Source: Clostridia bacterium
Lineage (GTDB): Bacteria > Bacillota > Clostridia > UBA1212 > DUPL01
Direction: 5' to 3'
Assembly (NCBI GenBank): GCA_050951325.1
Contig: JBMNIW010000001.1
Location: 64,001-128,000 of the forward strand
Length of the DNA: 64,000 bases
The first letter of the stretch is position 1. Each line of letters opens with the position of its first letter. A program made the position numbers and the translations under genes. Positions 27,204-37,131 of the stretch are shown here, piece after piece. The notes under the pieces are model-generated. The model worked only from the letters and a program-made list of their open reading frames with translations. It did no database searches and had not been told where the DNA came from.

Positions 27204-27976
27204 GCCGCCACACCCCCGAGGAGCTCATTGATAGATTCATACATGGTGTTAAAAAGCGGCTGGGTCATTTGCACAAACATGGGAGATATCAATACAAGCA
27301 ACAAAAGTCCGATTATTACCTTAAGAGGTATACCGATTATGAACATGTTCATCTGGGGAACCGTTCTCATAAGAATACCCATTATCATCTCGGTAATGAA
27401 GGTGGCCGCCACAATCGGCATTGCAATCTGAACTCCCATTACAATGCAAGATACAAACACACTGACAATTACGCCAGTCATGTCGAAATTAATAGTAAAG
27501 TTGCCTGGAGGCAATGTATAAAAAGTATTGGCAAGTATTCTAATAAGTGCATGGTGTCCGTTCGTAATAAAAAAGCAAATAAGCATGACTATATTCAGTA
27601 GGTTTGCATTTATTGATACCTGTGTACCCATTTCATGGCTGAAAAGCTGTGCCATTCCAAATCCAATCTGCACGTCAATAAGCTGCCCTGCCATATTGGC
27701 CACGGAAAACACCATTACAGTAACGTATCCAATTAACAGTCCGACAAACATCTCTTTCAAACAACTTATAGTATACGCGTAAAGGTTGAACACTTGATTG
27801 CTTGGTGCTGGAAACAAATTGTAGAGTATCAAACTAAGCATCACACTAAAACCAATTTTGAACATCGCAGGTACATTCCTTCTGCCAAACACGGGCGAAA
27901 AGGTAAAAATAGCAGCTATTCTTATCAGTATGAGCATGAAATGCATTGTAAAATTAAAAAGTACTTCTGTTTCCAT
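27200..27976 (-). CDS. fliR: export protein FliR
   Basis: AGQLIDVQIGFGMA, RTVPQMN; operon position. Confidence 0.95.
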   Translation of the reverse strand: METEVLFNFTMHFMLILIRIAAIFTFSPVFGRRNVPAMFKIGFSVMLSLILYNLFPAPSNQVFNLYAYTISCLKEMFVGLLIGYVTVMVFSVANMAGQLIDVQIGFGMAQLFSHEMGTQVSINANLLNIVMLICFFITNGHHALIRILANTFYTLPPGNFTINFDMTGVIVSVFVSCIVMGVQIAMPIVAATFITEMIMGILMRTVPQMNMFIIGIPLKVIIGLLLLVLISPMFVQMTQPLFNTMYESINELLGGVAA

Positions 27977-27989
27977 TTACCAAATCCAC

Positions 27990-28256
27990 CTAAACCATAT
28001 GTGCCATGTAGTCAAAAATCATGGATGCAAAATCAATCAGTCTTGTAATCATCCAGGGCCCGAAAACAATCAGGGCTATGAATATGGCAAGTATCTTAAG
28101 TACAAAACCTAAAGACTGCTCGTTTATCTGGGTTGCAGCCTGAATAATTGAAACGCAAAGTCCGATGACAATGGCAGATATAAGTATTGGAGATGCCACG
28201 GTCAATACAACAGAAAGTGCTTCTTTTAAAATTGCAACAGCATCCGACTGGTCCAT
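27990..28256 (-). CDS. fliQ: export protein FliQ
   Basis: QAATQINEQSLGFVLKI; ATG 28256 after GGAGG. Confidence 0.95.
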   Translation of the reverse strand: MDQSDAVAILKEALSVVLTVASPILISAIVIGLCVSIIQAATQINEQSLGFVLKILAIFIALIVFGPWMITRLIDFASMIFDYMAHMV

Positions 28257-28260
28257 ATCT

Positions 28261-29028
28261 TCAACCTCCAAAACTCTCTACCAATGTTTTTACTGTAAGG
28301 CTCCAGCCATCCACCAACACAAACAAAAGCACTTTAAAAGGCAGCGATATCATGGTCGGCGGAAGCATCATCATACCCATTGACATCAGCGTGCTTGCTA
28401 CAATCATGTCAATAACAATGAAAGGTATTAGTATGAAAAATCCCATTTGGAAGCCTCGTTTAAGCTCGCTAATGGCAAAGGCGGGAACCACAGTGGTCAT
28501 CGGAAGCTCGTCGTAGGTTTCTGGTGCATCCTTTCCCGAAAGCTCAATGAACAAGTTGAGATCCTGACTGTATGTATTCTTCAGCATGAACTCCTTGAGG
28601 GGTTTTTTCCCTCTTTCTAGAGCCTCCTGAGTATTTATCTCTCCCTGCATTAAAGGTCTGTATGCTTCTCTATTAATCTCTGACAAAACAGGCTGCATTA
28701 TAAAAAATGTAAGGAACAGGGCAAGCCCTATGAGCACCTGGTTAGGCGGCATCTGCTGTGCTCCTATTCCACTTCTTGTAAAGGAGAGCACAATTATGAT
28801 CCTCGTAAAGCAGGTCATCATCAAAAGTATTGCAGGTGCAATGGAAAGGATGGTCAAAAGTAGAATAATATTGACCACACTGGAGGAGTTCTCCACCTCT
28901 GGAAATGGAATAGGTTCTTCCTGCGCAAATGCAATACCAGGGAGAAGCAATGACAAGGCAATCAGGACAAATGCGGTTGATACAAGAAAGGTTGTCTTTT
29001 TAATCTTCTTCGTCTTTTTCATTGACAA
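28261..29028 (-). CDS. fliP: export protein FliP
   Basis: PPNQVLIGLALFLT, MGMMMLPP, LFVLVDGW. Confidence 0.97.
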   Translation of the reverse strand: MSMKKTKKIKKTTFLVSTAFVLIALSLLLPGIAFAQEEPIPFPEVENSSSVVNIILLLTILSIAPAILLMMTCFTRIIIVLSFTRSGIGAQQMPPNQVLIGLALFLTFFIMQPVLSEINREAYRPLMQGEINTQEALERGKKPLKEFMLKNTYSQDLNLFIELSGKDAPETYDELPMTTVVPAFAISELKRGFQMGFFILIPFIVIDMIVASTLMSMGMMMLPPTMISLPFKVLLFVLVDGWSLTVKTLVESFGG

Positions 29029-29326
29029 ACCTCCTTAGTACTTTGTCAAAAGGAATCTTTACCTGCATTGGCTCAATCTCCATTATCTCATCCTTTGAAA
29101 AGGTATCCAGAACATTGATACTGTTTGGCGCAACACCAATAAGATACACCTTTTCGCCCCTTGCAAGGAGTATGATGGATTTGTCCCTGTCCACAGGGAT
29201 TCTTTCAATGACTCTCAAGTTTCTACCTTTTACAAGGGTATATGACCTGACTGATATCCACTTTGTAACAAAGAAACATCCAATCAGCACAAGTACAAAT
29301 ACAAATATGTACAACAACTCAGGCAA
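29000..29326 (-). CDS. fliO: FliO/FliZ export chaperone
   Basis: N-terminal TM, LRVIERI...YLIGV; located between fliY and fliP. Confidence 0.85.
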   Translation of the reverse strand: MPELLYIFVFVLVLIGCFFVTKWISVRSYTLVKGRNLRVIERIPVDRDKSIILLARGEKVYLIGVAPNSINVLDTFSKDEIMEIEPMQVKIPFDKVLRRFVNEKDEED

Positions 29327-29329
29327 TTC

Positions 29330-30424
29330 TTACGCCCTTTCCTTCCTGATAACGCTTTTTTTAGATAAAACTTCCGTTATCCTTACACCATAATTCTCGT
29401 CCACAACAACGACTTCGCCTTTTGCAATCAGCTTGCCGTTTACCACCACATCAACCAAATCTCCTGCAAATCTGTCCAGAACCACTACCGAACCTTCGTT
29501 AAGCTCAAGTATTTCCTTAATCATCTTTTTACTTCTTCCCAGTTCAATGGTAATGGGCAGTGGCACATCCATAAGAAGACCCAAATTGTCTCCCACATCA
29601 ACTTCTTCACTCTTCTCCTCTTCATCCTCGTCTTCAAAAGACTTGAGTTCAAGAGGAGATACGTTTACCTTGGCAGATGGCTGCCTTGTTGCTTTCTTTT
29701 CTTTCTTTTCCTCTTCCCTGTCGGCTTTTGCCTCCACTTTTACCTCCTCCGTTTCCGATATTGTATCCGGATTCTCAACAGGCTCTTCTCCCGTATTAAG
29801 AAGTTTTCCGGCAAATTTTATGGCATAATCCTTGGACATAATCTGCATTATCTCGCTGTTGATTATGTCTTCCACAACCATCTTGAAACTTATTTTTACA
29901 ATCTCGTCATCTTCAAGTATATTGTCGAGTTTGGTGTCAGCAAATCTAACTTCAAAGAGCTTTGGAGGAGCAATGGTGACACTAGTGCCCAGCATCTCCG
30001 ACATGCTCGTTGCAGCAGATCCCATCATCTGGTTCATGATTTCACCAAGTGCGGAAAGACGTATTTCATCCAGTTCTTCTCCCGGATTCGTTCCATCTCC
30101 ACCCATCAGAAGATCCGTAATTATTAGGGCGTCCACCATTTTGAGAACAAGGAATGAAAACCCTTCAACACCTGAAAGGTACTTTACCTCTATTCCCACA
30201 TAGGGAATGGTGTAAGTTTCAGCCATTTTTCTCATGGTTGTAACGGAAACTTTCGGCGTGGTTATGTCAACCCTTTTTCCTAGTATCTCATAAAGGGTTG
30301 TCGCCGCAGTTCCCATACTTATATTCCCTATTTCGCCTAAAGTATCTATCTCATCATCAGTAATATTTACCGAATTGCTTTTCAACAATGCATCAATTTC
30401 CGCTTGAGATAAAATCCCACTCAT
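29330..30424 (-). CDS. fliY: switch protein/phosphatase FliY
   Basis: LSQAEIDALL, EIGN and EIMN CheC-like motifs, C-terminal SpoA/FliN domain. Confidence 0.95.
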   Translation of the reverse strand: MSGILSQAEIDALLKSNSVNITDDEIDTLGEIGNISMGTAATTLYEILGKRVDITTPKVSVTTMRKMAETYTIPYVGIEVKYLSGVEGFSFLVLKMVDALIITDLLMGGDGTNPGEELDEIRLSALGEIMNQMMGSAATSMSEMLGTSVTIAPPKLFEVRFADTKLDNILEDDEIVKISFKMVVEDIINSEIMQIMSKDYAIKFAGKLLNTGEEPVENPDTISETEEVKVEAKADREEEKKEKKATRQPSAKVNVSPLELKSFEDEDEEEKSEEVDVGDNLGLLMDVPLPITIELGRSKKMIKEILELNEGSVVVLDRFAGDLVDVVVNGKLIAKGEVVVVDENYGVRITEVLSKKSVIRKERA

Positions 30425-31406
30425 CTATATTGTCCTCCTCATACTCAATGTCATTTATCATAATTGAATACCGTCTATCTTTAACTCCCAATTTCCCCTT
30501 AAACTTTGGCAGATGTTCCACATACAGATTTATTGGATTGTCCACCCTGTGGTCAAGAACAATTACATCTCCTTCCTGTATATCCATAACGTCCTTAACA
30601 CAGCTGTATGTGTTATTGAACCTTGCCACCAGGTTCAGCTTGGTCGTGTCTATAAGGTCTTTTATCTGTTCAGACATTTCATCTGATTTCTGTTCTCCGT
30701 ATACATTGTACATGGACTTAACCGAAAGCAGCTTTTCTATAGGCTTTATAGCCAGGTGCGGAAGACAAAAATGTATAAAGCCTTCCACATTGCTAATCTT
30801 TACATTCATTGTAACTATGGCAATCTGCTCGTTGGTGGCTGCAATCTGTGCATACTGCGGGTTTGTTTCTATCCTCTCCAAAGAGGAGTCCACCTCCACC
30901 ACCTTCTGCCAAGCCTCGTCAAGAAGCTGCAGCATCTGTCTAAAAAGTTTCTCCATAATTACAATCTCAATTTCTGTAAAGTAGAGTTCCGGCTCCTCGT
31001 CGGTTATGGCTCCTCCCAGCACTCTGTTAATCATAACATAGGCAAGTTCCGTAGAAATTGAAATAAGGGAAGAACCCGCCAGCGGCGAAAGTCCAATCAC
31101 GCCAAGAAAGCTTACATTGGGAAGTGAATTTGCAAATTCAATATATTTGGTTTCTTCTATAGAAACCAAATCAATCTCACAGCTTGTCCTTAAGGTACCT
31201 GTAAAAAAGTTGGTTAAAAACCTGGAATAGCTTTCGAATATATTGCTGATAGTTCTTAATTGCTCTTTTGTAAATTTGTTTGCCAGCCTGAAGTTGTACT
31301 TCTTCACCCTCATTTCCGGTTTGGATTCCTTATCCACCGGAAATATGCCGGCATTAAGCGACTTTAACAGTTCGTCTATTTCGCTTTGTGACAAAACATT
31401 AGCCAT
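30393..31406 (-). CDS. fliM: switch protein FliM
   Basis: LSQSEIDELL, ETNPQYAQI. Confidence 0.96.
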   Translation of the reverse strand: MANVLSQSEIDELLKSLNAGIFPVDKESKPEMRVKKYNFRLANKFTKEQLRTISNIFESYSRFLTNFFTGTLRTSCEIDLVSIEETKYIEFANSLPNVSFLGVIGLSPLAGSSLISISTELAYVMINRVLGGAITDEEPELYFTEIEIVIMEKLFRQMLQLLDEAWQKVVEVDSSLERIETNPQYAQIAATNEQIAIVTMNVKISNVEGFIHFCLPHLAIKPIEKLLSVKSMYNVYGEQKSDEMSEQIKDLIDTTKLNLVARFNNTYSCVKDVMDIQEGDVIVLDHRVDNPINLYVEHLPKFKGKLGVKDRRYSIMINDIEYEEDNIDEWDFISSGN

Positions 31407-31439
31407 TCATTTCACCCAATCCTGTCATATTGTCTTTTG

Positions 31440-31835
31440 TCATTGCACTACAATCTCTTCGAAATATACGTTTACAAACGCCTCCGTTTCAAACACCTCG
31501 TTAAGATGGTTGATTATATCCTCTTTCAGCATCTCCATACCGTTTTCCTGATTTATTTCTCCGGGAGTCTTCTGTCTCAATACCGTTATAATTGCATCCC
31601 TTACGATATGGTTGTCCTTCTCCAGGGATTTGATCATCTTCTTGTTTGAGACTTCCAGAATCAGCTTGGCTTTTATCAGGCTGTTTTCCTCATTCAGGTT
31701 GGTTATGAATTCAGAGCCCGGATCATATGTAGTTGTTGGATTGTTCTGTTTTGCAATTAATGAGTAGGTAAATATTCCTCCTACAACGAGCACGGTGCTC
31801 AGAACTATTATCAATGCAACTAATACCTTGTTCAT
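31440..31835 (-). CDS. fliL: FliL
   Basis: N-terminal TM, FITNL, VRDAII, VYFEEIVVQ. Confidence 0.9.
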   Translation of the reverse strand: MNKVLVALIIVLSTVLVVGGIFTYSLIAKQNNPTTTYDPGSEFITNLNEENSLIKAKLILEVSNKKMIKSLEKDNHIVRDAIITVLRQKTPGEINQENGMEMLKEDIINHLNEVFETEAFVNVYFEEIVVQ

Positions 31836-31836
31836 G

Positions 31837-32658
31837 TTAATCCTCCGGTGTAATGGTAATATCTGCAGATCTTGTTATAACAAAATCAACTCTTCTGTTT
31901 CTTGCACGGCCTTCAGCAGTTTCATTGGTGTCAACGGGATGATATTCGCCATAGCCCACTGCTGATATCTTAAGGGGAGAGAAACCTTTCTCTTCTATGA
32001 GGTATCTAAGAACCGTTACGGCTCTGGCTGTGGACAACTCCCAGTTGGATGGAAACTGCCATGTGTTTATTGGCCTGTTGTCAGTATGTCCTTCTATTCT
32101 TATCATCTCGATTTCTTCTTCAAACCTGTCAAGTATGTTTGCAAATGCACTTAAAACTCCATGGAACTCCGGTTTCAAATCAGCTTTTCCTGATTCAAAC
32201 ATGACATTGTCAGTAAACCTGATTATTATCTCAAAATCCGTCTTGTTCACCTCAACCTTGGTTTCCAGCTCAAAGTCCTTTACAAATCCAATTATCCCGT
32301 TATATATCTCATCAATATTATCAGGAAACCTTACAGTTGGTGTAGGTTTGGGAGTTTGAGTTGGAGTAGGACTTTTGCTTTCTATCGGAGTTTCCGAAGG
32401 CGTAGTTTTTGGAGTTGGTGTAGGCAGCGGTGGAGGAGTGAAATCCTCGTTTCCGTTTCCATTGGTGGGAATTATTTTCCCACCTGCAGTACTTCCTGTA
32501 AAAGCAAACACCAATTCCTTCCATTTGGCCTCATTTATGGTCGAAAAGGAGAACAGGAGGACGAAGAAGGTAAGCAGGAGTGTAACCATGTCCCCGTATG
32601 TAGTCTGCCAGTTGTCAGAGCTGCCTGATCTTTTTCTTCTCGACTTTCTATCACCCAT
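31837..32658 (-). CDS. motB: stator B subunit (MotB/MotS-type) with Pro/Thr linker
   Basis: WQTTYGDMVTLLLTFFVLLFSFS; OmpA-like domain IEGHTD, SNWELSTARA, NRRV. Confidence 0.95.
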   Translation of the reverse strand: MGDRKSRRKRSGSSDNWQTTYGDMVTLLLTFFVLLFSFSTINEAKWKELVFAFTGSTAGGKIIPTNGNGNEDFTPPPLPTPTPKTTPSETPIESKSPTPTQTPKPTPTVRFPDNIDEIYNGIIGFVKDFELETKVEVNKTDFEIIIRFTDNVMFESGKADLKPEFHGVLSAFANILDRFEEEIEMIRIEGHTDNRPINTWQFPSNWELSTARAVTVLRYLIEEKGFSPLKISAVGYGEYHPVDTNETAEGRARNRRVDFVITRSADITITPED

Positions 32659-33454
32659 CCTGCATCTCCCCCGCTACATTAAACCTTTTATTAACTTCCA
32701 CGTTTTCCTGCTCCTCCTGGGATAAGAACGCCTTTAGTTTCTCTTCGATTATTCTCGGGTTTTCTCCAGCCTGTATTGATAAAACCCCTTCAATAATCAT
32801 TTCCTTGTGGCTTATCTCGATTATTGTCTTGTCCTCAAGCCTTCTTGCAAGAGGCATAAACCACAAGTTGGCGAGAAGCACTCCATAGAAAGTAGTAATA
32901 AGTGCCACAGCCATCGCAGGTCCCAACGTCTCTGGCTTGTCCAATTCCTGAAGCATGTTGATAAGCCCTATAAGGGTACCTGCCATACCGAAAGCAGGAG
33001 CATAGGACGCCATGCTCTTGAACATGGACTGTCCTTGTTCATGCCTTTCTTCAATAAAGTTTATTTCAGTCTGTAGAATATTCTTTACAAGCTCAGGATC
33101 TGAACCGTCCACTACCAAAAGCAAACCTTTCTTAAGAAAGTTGTCTTCAAGGTTTTCCGCCTCCCCTTCAAGGGCGAGTACGCCATCCTTTCGGGCAATA
33201 TTGGCCAGATGAATAAGGGTTTGGATACTGCCTGTAAAATCCGTGTCATCCCTTCTAAGAGCGATTCCAACCAGTTTGAAAAGGTTTTTAAACGTATCGA
33301 AGCGCACACTTGCCATGGCAGCAAAAATAGTGCCGCCCAATGTTATGAAAATAGAGGCAGAGTCCCAATATGAGCCAAGCGTTCCGTTTATCATTATTCC
33401 TATTGCCATGCATAGAAAACCTAAAATAATGCCTAGTATACCCATTATGTCCAT
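32651..33454 (-). CDS. motA: stator A subunit (MotA/MotP-type)
   Basis: ARKDGVLALE, APAFGMAGTLIGL, ALITTFYG. Confidence 0.95.
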   Translation of the reverse strand: MDIMGILGIILGFLCMAIGIMINGTLGSYWDSASIFITLGGTIFAAMASVRFDTFKNLFKLVGIALRRDDTDFTGSIQTLIHLANIARKDGVLALEGEAENLEDNFLKKGLLLVVDGSDPELVKNILQTEINFIEERHEQGQSMFKSMASYAPAFGMAGTLIGLINMLQELDKPETLGPAMAVALITTFYGVLLANLWFMPLARRLEDKTIIEISHKEMIIEGVLSIQAGENPRIIEEKLKAFLSQEEQENVEVNKRFNVAGEMQDG

Positions 33455-33467
33455 AAAATCACCATTC

Positions 33468-33674
33468 CTACCTTGTCACTTTCTTAGGGAGGCCTGCATA
33501 AACTTCCTTTCTGTATGCAATAATTCTTTCCTGCAGTTCATCAACGGATTCCAATACCATCAGTTTCTTGCCTGTAGTCATTGTTATGACAGTATCGGGA
33601 GTTTCCTCAAAAAACTCAATCAAATCCGGATTTACATACAAGACAGTGTTGTTTATTCTTGTAACCTTAATCAT
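33468..33674 (-). CDS. flbD: FlbD/SwrD flagellar protein
   Basis: MIKVTRIN...NPDLIE..EETPDTVIT. Confidence 0.9.
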   Translation of the reverse strand: MIKVTRINNTVLYVNPDLIEFFEETPDTVITMTTGKKLMVLESVDELQERIIAYRKEVYAGLPKKVTR

Positions 33675-33686
33675 TTTCTATTAACT

Positions 33687-34505
33687 TTAGCGCTTGAGAT
33701 TTACAAGTTCTTCAAGCAACGAGTCAGCTACAGTTATGACCCTTGCGTTCGCCTGGTAACCCCTCTGAGTTATAATCATATCAGTGAACTCATTGGATAA
33801 ATCCACATTGGACATCTCCAAAGTTCCTGGATTCAATGCACCTGCACCGTCAAAACCAGCCTGCTTGTAAACGGATGTGCTTCCTGGAAGTGGAGAGCCC
33901 GAGCTGGCAGTTTCAATATATGTATTGTTGCCTGCCTTTTGCAGTCCGGATGTATTTGTAAAGGTGGCAATACCAAGTACGGCAATAACCTGGGATGTGC
34001 TTGAACCGCTGGGGATACCCATCATTCTTCCCATATAGTCTATGGAAATGTCATGGTATTGTACTCCACCCAGGTTTATTGCGTTTCCGTCAACATCAAG
34101 AACAAACATACCATTGGCATTCACAAGATTTCCCTGGTCGTCAAGTCTGAAGTTGCCCGCTCTTGTGTAGAAGGTCTCTCCTGCTCCGTTTTGTACAACA
34201 AAGAAACCATCGCCTTCAATAGAAAGGTCAAGGGCATAGTCGGTTCTCTGCGCACCTGCGGAGGTAAACATTGTATCTATTGTTCCAATACTTACACCAA
34301 GACCTACCTGCTGTGGATTTATTCCACCAAGGTTGACATCTGCTCCGCTGGCAGGTTTCAAAGTCTGGTTGAATATGTCCTGAAATGTAACCCTTCCCGA
34401 TTTGTATGCCACCGTATTTACATTAGCTATGTTATTACCTATTACGTCCATTTTAACCTGATGGTTCTTTAGTCCGGAAACTGCTGAAAACATTGATCTC
34501 ATCAT
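33687..34505 (-). CDS. flgE: flagellar hook protein (short Bacillus-type)
   Basis: MMRSMFSAVSGL...GNNIANVNT, LEMSNVDLSNEFTDMIITQRGYQAN; follows flgD. Confidence 0.93.
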   Translation of the reverse strand: MMRSMFSAVSGLKNHQVKMDVIGNNIANVNTVAYKSGRVTFQDIFNQTLKPASGADVNLGGINPQQVGLGVSIGTIDTMFTSAGAQRTDYALDLSIEGDGFFVVQNGAGETFYTRAGNFRLDDQGNLVNANGMFVLDVDGNAINLGGVQYHDISIDYMGRMMGIPSGSSTSQVIAVLGIATFTNTSGLQKAGNNTYIETASSGSPLPGSTSVYKQAGFDGAGALNPGTLEMSNVDLSNEFTDMIITQRGYQANARVITVADSLLEELVNLKR

Positions 34506-34519
34506 AATGAATTCCTCCT

Positions 34520-34909
34520 TTAATTGTTATCGTATACAACTTCCACCACATCGGAAAGTTGGAACATATATTCTCCTACAGTAAGCCAGCTTTGACCGCT
34601 TTGTACCGAGACTCTTTCAACAACACCCTGAATCAGGTCATTGCCGTATTTTGCTATTACTTCCTTGCCAATCAGGGAAACGCTGCTTCCAAACTCAAAC
34701 GATTTGTTCAATGCACTCATTTCCTCAAGGGCGCTGAACTGAGCCATTTGTGCTATGAAATCGGTATCCTCCATGGGACTTAAAGGATCCTGATTCTGCA
34801 GCTGGGTCACAAGAAGCTTTAAAAAGTCATCCTTTCCAAGATCCTTTCTTGCTTCCCTGACATTATTATTCTGTAAAGTCATTTGACTTGCCACATTGTC
34901 AACCTTCAT
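34520..34909 (-). CDS. flgD: hook capping protein
   Basis: LGKDDFLKLLVTQLQNQDPLSP. Confidence 0.96.
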   Translation of the reverse strand: MKVDNVASQMTLQNNNVREARKDLGKDDFLKLLVTQLQNQDPLSPMEDTDFIAQMAQFSALEEMSALNKSFEFGSSVSLIGKEVIAKYGNDLIQGVVERVSVQSGQSWLTVGEYMFQLSDVVEVVYDNN

Positions 34910-34920
34910 TTTCCTACCTC

Positions 34921-36096
34921 CTACACCAAGTAATTGATTCGTCCGCTGGCATGGAAGACATTGGACTCTTCATCAAGGGCATCCTTCCTCTCAGCATGAT
35001 AACCAAAAGAAGGTTGTTTGTAACTGCCCTGCCTTCCCTGTCCGCCTGTGCTTTCAGTATCAAACTGGAACGCAAACGAACCAAATTCAATCTTGTCCAT
35101 CTCAATTCCCTGATTTCTCAAAGCTGTTTCTATCTCCACAACTCTTTGGTTCAAGGCATCCCGCAGATCCTCGTTGGATATCTTGAGAAAAGCCTTTACC
35201 TTGCCATTTGATTCCTCCAGTGTGATTTCCACTTCTCCAAGAAACTCGGGTTTCAGTTTGATTGTAAGTTCAACGTTATCTTCCGTCTCCCTCCGGCTTA
35301 TGGACTCCACAATTGTCTCCGTTATTCTATTCATGCTCTCTACAACATGACTTCTTGATACAGACAAATTCTCATTTTCCACCTCAAGGGCGTTTTGTGG
35401 AATTCCAATATCAAACCTCTCAACATTTGGATACTCTTTGTCCCTTTGAAGCCTGATTTCCTTTGGTCTTTCAATACTTAACTTATTGACGGCTTTAAGT
35501 GCAGAATACGTTTCAGTATCATTCTTTTCCACACCTTTATTCGATATATCCAACTTTTCTTCAATTGTATGTGACTCTGTCACATTCCATCTGCCCTCCC
35601 TGATGTCAACTGCGAAAACTTCTTTTGGTTCCTGCCTGACATCCAGGGCTTCGGTCTTCATGTCAAAAACTTCTGTCTCATTGTCTTCAATAAATAACAA
35701 GTCATCAAAAGTTTTATCTTTTGTACTTACTTCAACGTCAAAATCCTGCACCTTTACATCCCTAGGGAAAATATCAAGTTCTACTGTATTGACATTGACT
35801 TCTTCCAGTTCACCCCATTGCCTTTCCGGTTGTCCCTCTGTCATCACAGGTATTTGGTTTTCATGATTGACAGGAACAAACATGGGCACCATGTACTTTG
35901 CCAACTCCTCTTCGTCTTTTGTGTCTGCTATTTCCCCGGCAATACCTTCCAACGCAAGCATAAATACATTGAAAAAGGAATCATGAGATTTTGTTTCATT
36001 TTCATTGCCGATTAGCATTCCAACTTCATTCTTTACATATGTACTTGCTCCAATTTCATTTACTGTCACCCTCTCACCTCCCTTTACTGCAATCAA
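34921..36096 (-). CDS. fliK: hook-length control protein
   Basis: Low-complexity N-terminus; C-terminal LKPEFLGEV motif. Confidence 0.88.
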   Translation of the reverse strand: MIAVKGGERVTVNEIGASTYVKNEVGMLIGNENETKSHDSFFNVFMLALEGIAGEIADTKDEEELAKYMVPMFVPVNHENQIPVMTEGQPERQWGELEEVNVNTVELDIFPRDVKVQDFDVEVSTKDKTFDDLLFIEDNETEVFDMKTEALDVRQEPKEVFAVDIREGRWNVTESHTIEEKLDISNKGVEKNDTETYSALKAVNKLSIERPKEIRLQRDKEYPNVERFDIGIPQNALEVENENLSVSRSHVVESMNRITETIVESISRRETEDNVELTIKLKPEFLGEVEITLEESNGKVKAFLKISNEDLRDALNQRVVEIETALRNQGIEMDKIEFGSFAFQFDTESTGGQGRQGSYKQPSFGYHAERKDALDEESNVFHASGRINYLV

Positions 36097-36104
36097 TTAC
36101 GGGA

Positions 36105-36695
36105 TTAATAGTCGTGTATTCTTTCAAGTATGGCCGCTGCCTTGTCAGGACTCATCTTGCTGAGCACCTGAGATGCAAAACTTACATCCAAAGCTTTGAT
36201 TATCCTGACCTTCAAAGCCATATTGTCCTGTTTTTCAAGCAGCTCCGCCACTTTGGCAGCATCCATCGCCCTGTATATTTCAGCAACTTCCTGTATGTTA
36301 TTGAACTCGGGCATGAGGTCATTTACCAAATCCTCATATTTCTTTTTTTCCTTAATCAACTGAGCTTCCTCTTGAGCTATTTCTTCCCAGCCCTTTTCAA
36401 GCTCCTCTTCCCTTTTTGCAAGATCCTCCTGCATTTTTTCAACCTCAAGCTTAAGCTCCTCAATATTCTTTTTTTCCTGCTCCATAGCCTTTTGCTCATC
36501 CAGAGCAATCGCCTCGTTTTTTCTCAACGTGTTAATTACATCAAGGCCCAAACCACCCACATTGAAATATGCCAGCATACAAAACAAAATTACTAGAAAC
36601 ACGCATATGGCAAACACAGATACTCCTGCCAGAACGGGGGGAATTTCATTATTCTTTTTCTTCTTCAGATTCACATTTTTATCCTGCATCTTCAT
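36105..36695 (-). CDS. YlxF/MotE-like coiled-coil protein
   Basis: TM + coiled coil + YRAMDAAKVA...MSPDKAA; located between fliJ and fliK. Confidence 0.8.
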   Translation of the reverse strand: MKMQDKNVNLKKKKNNEIPPVLAGVSVFAICVFLVILFCMLAYFNVGGLGLDVINTLRKNEAIALDEQKAMEQEKKNIEELKLEVEKMQEDLAKREEELEKGWEEIAQEEAQLIKEKKKYEDLVNDLMPEFNNIQEVAEIYRAMDAAKVAELLEKQDNMALKVRIIKALDVSFASQVLSKMSPDKAAAILERIHDY

Positions 36696-36703
36696 ACCCT
36701 CAC

Positions 36704-37129
36704 TTAAGCTATTGTGATTTTGTAAGTCATCATGTCATCTACAAGCTTGTCCTGCTCTTTTCCAAGTTCCACGAGATACTCTTCATACTGCTTTTCCCTC
36801 AGTTTTTCAAGTACCTTTCTCTCCTGCATAATGGTTACCAGTTCCTGTCTTATCTCTTCGATCTCCTTCTCAATTGCTTCAAGTTCGCAAGTCTTGCTTT
36901 TCCTCATTCTCTCCAAATCGGAGTAGTATCTTGAAAACATCAAATATTCGTGGGCTGTAAAGCTTTTGTTGTTTGTTCTCGCCAGCTCCTTACGTCTTTC
37001 AATTTCCTCAATCTCCTCCTGGCATTTATCCCTTCTCGAAACAGCCTCCGCCATTTTCTGTTTTGCCTGTCTCTCCAGGGAGTTTTTAATCCTAAGCAAG
37101 CTGTTTAGAGTAAATTCAAACTTCTTCAT
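36704..37129 (-). CDS. fliJ: export chaperone FliJ
   Basis: MKKFEFTLNSLL...ERKVLEKLREK...EQDKLVD. Confidence 0.9.
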   Translation of the reverse strand: MKKFEFTLNSLLRIKNSLERQAKQKMAEAVSRRDKCQEEIEEIERRKELARTNNKSFTAHEYLMFSRYYSDLERMRKSKTCELEAIEKEIEEIRQELVTIMQERKVLEKLREKQYEEYLVELGKEQDKLVDDMMTYKITIA

Positions 37130-37131
37130 AC

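Noticed and set aside
32330-32445. Repetitive GGAGT/GGTGT-rich DNA as a tandem repeat element
   Set aside because: Explained by the Pro/Thr linker codons of motB; no exact repeat unit.
33687-34505. Unusually short hook protein (272 aa)
   Set aside because: Short FlgE lacking outer domains is normal in B. subtilis and many Firmicutes.
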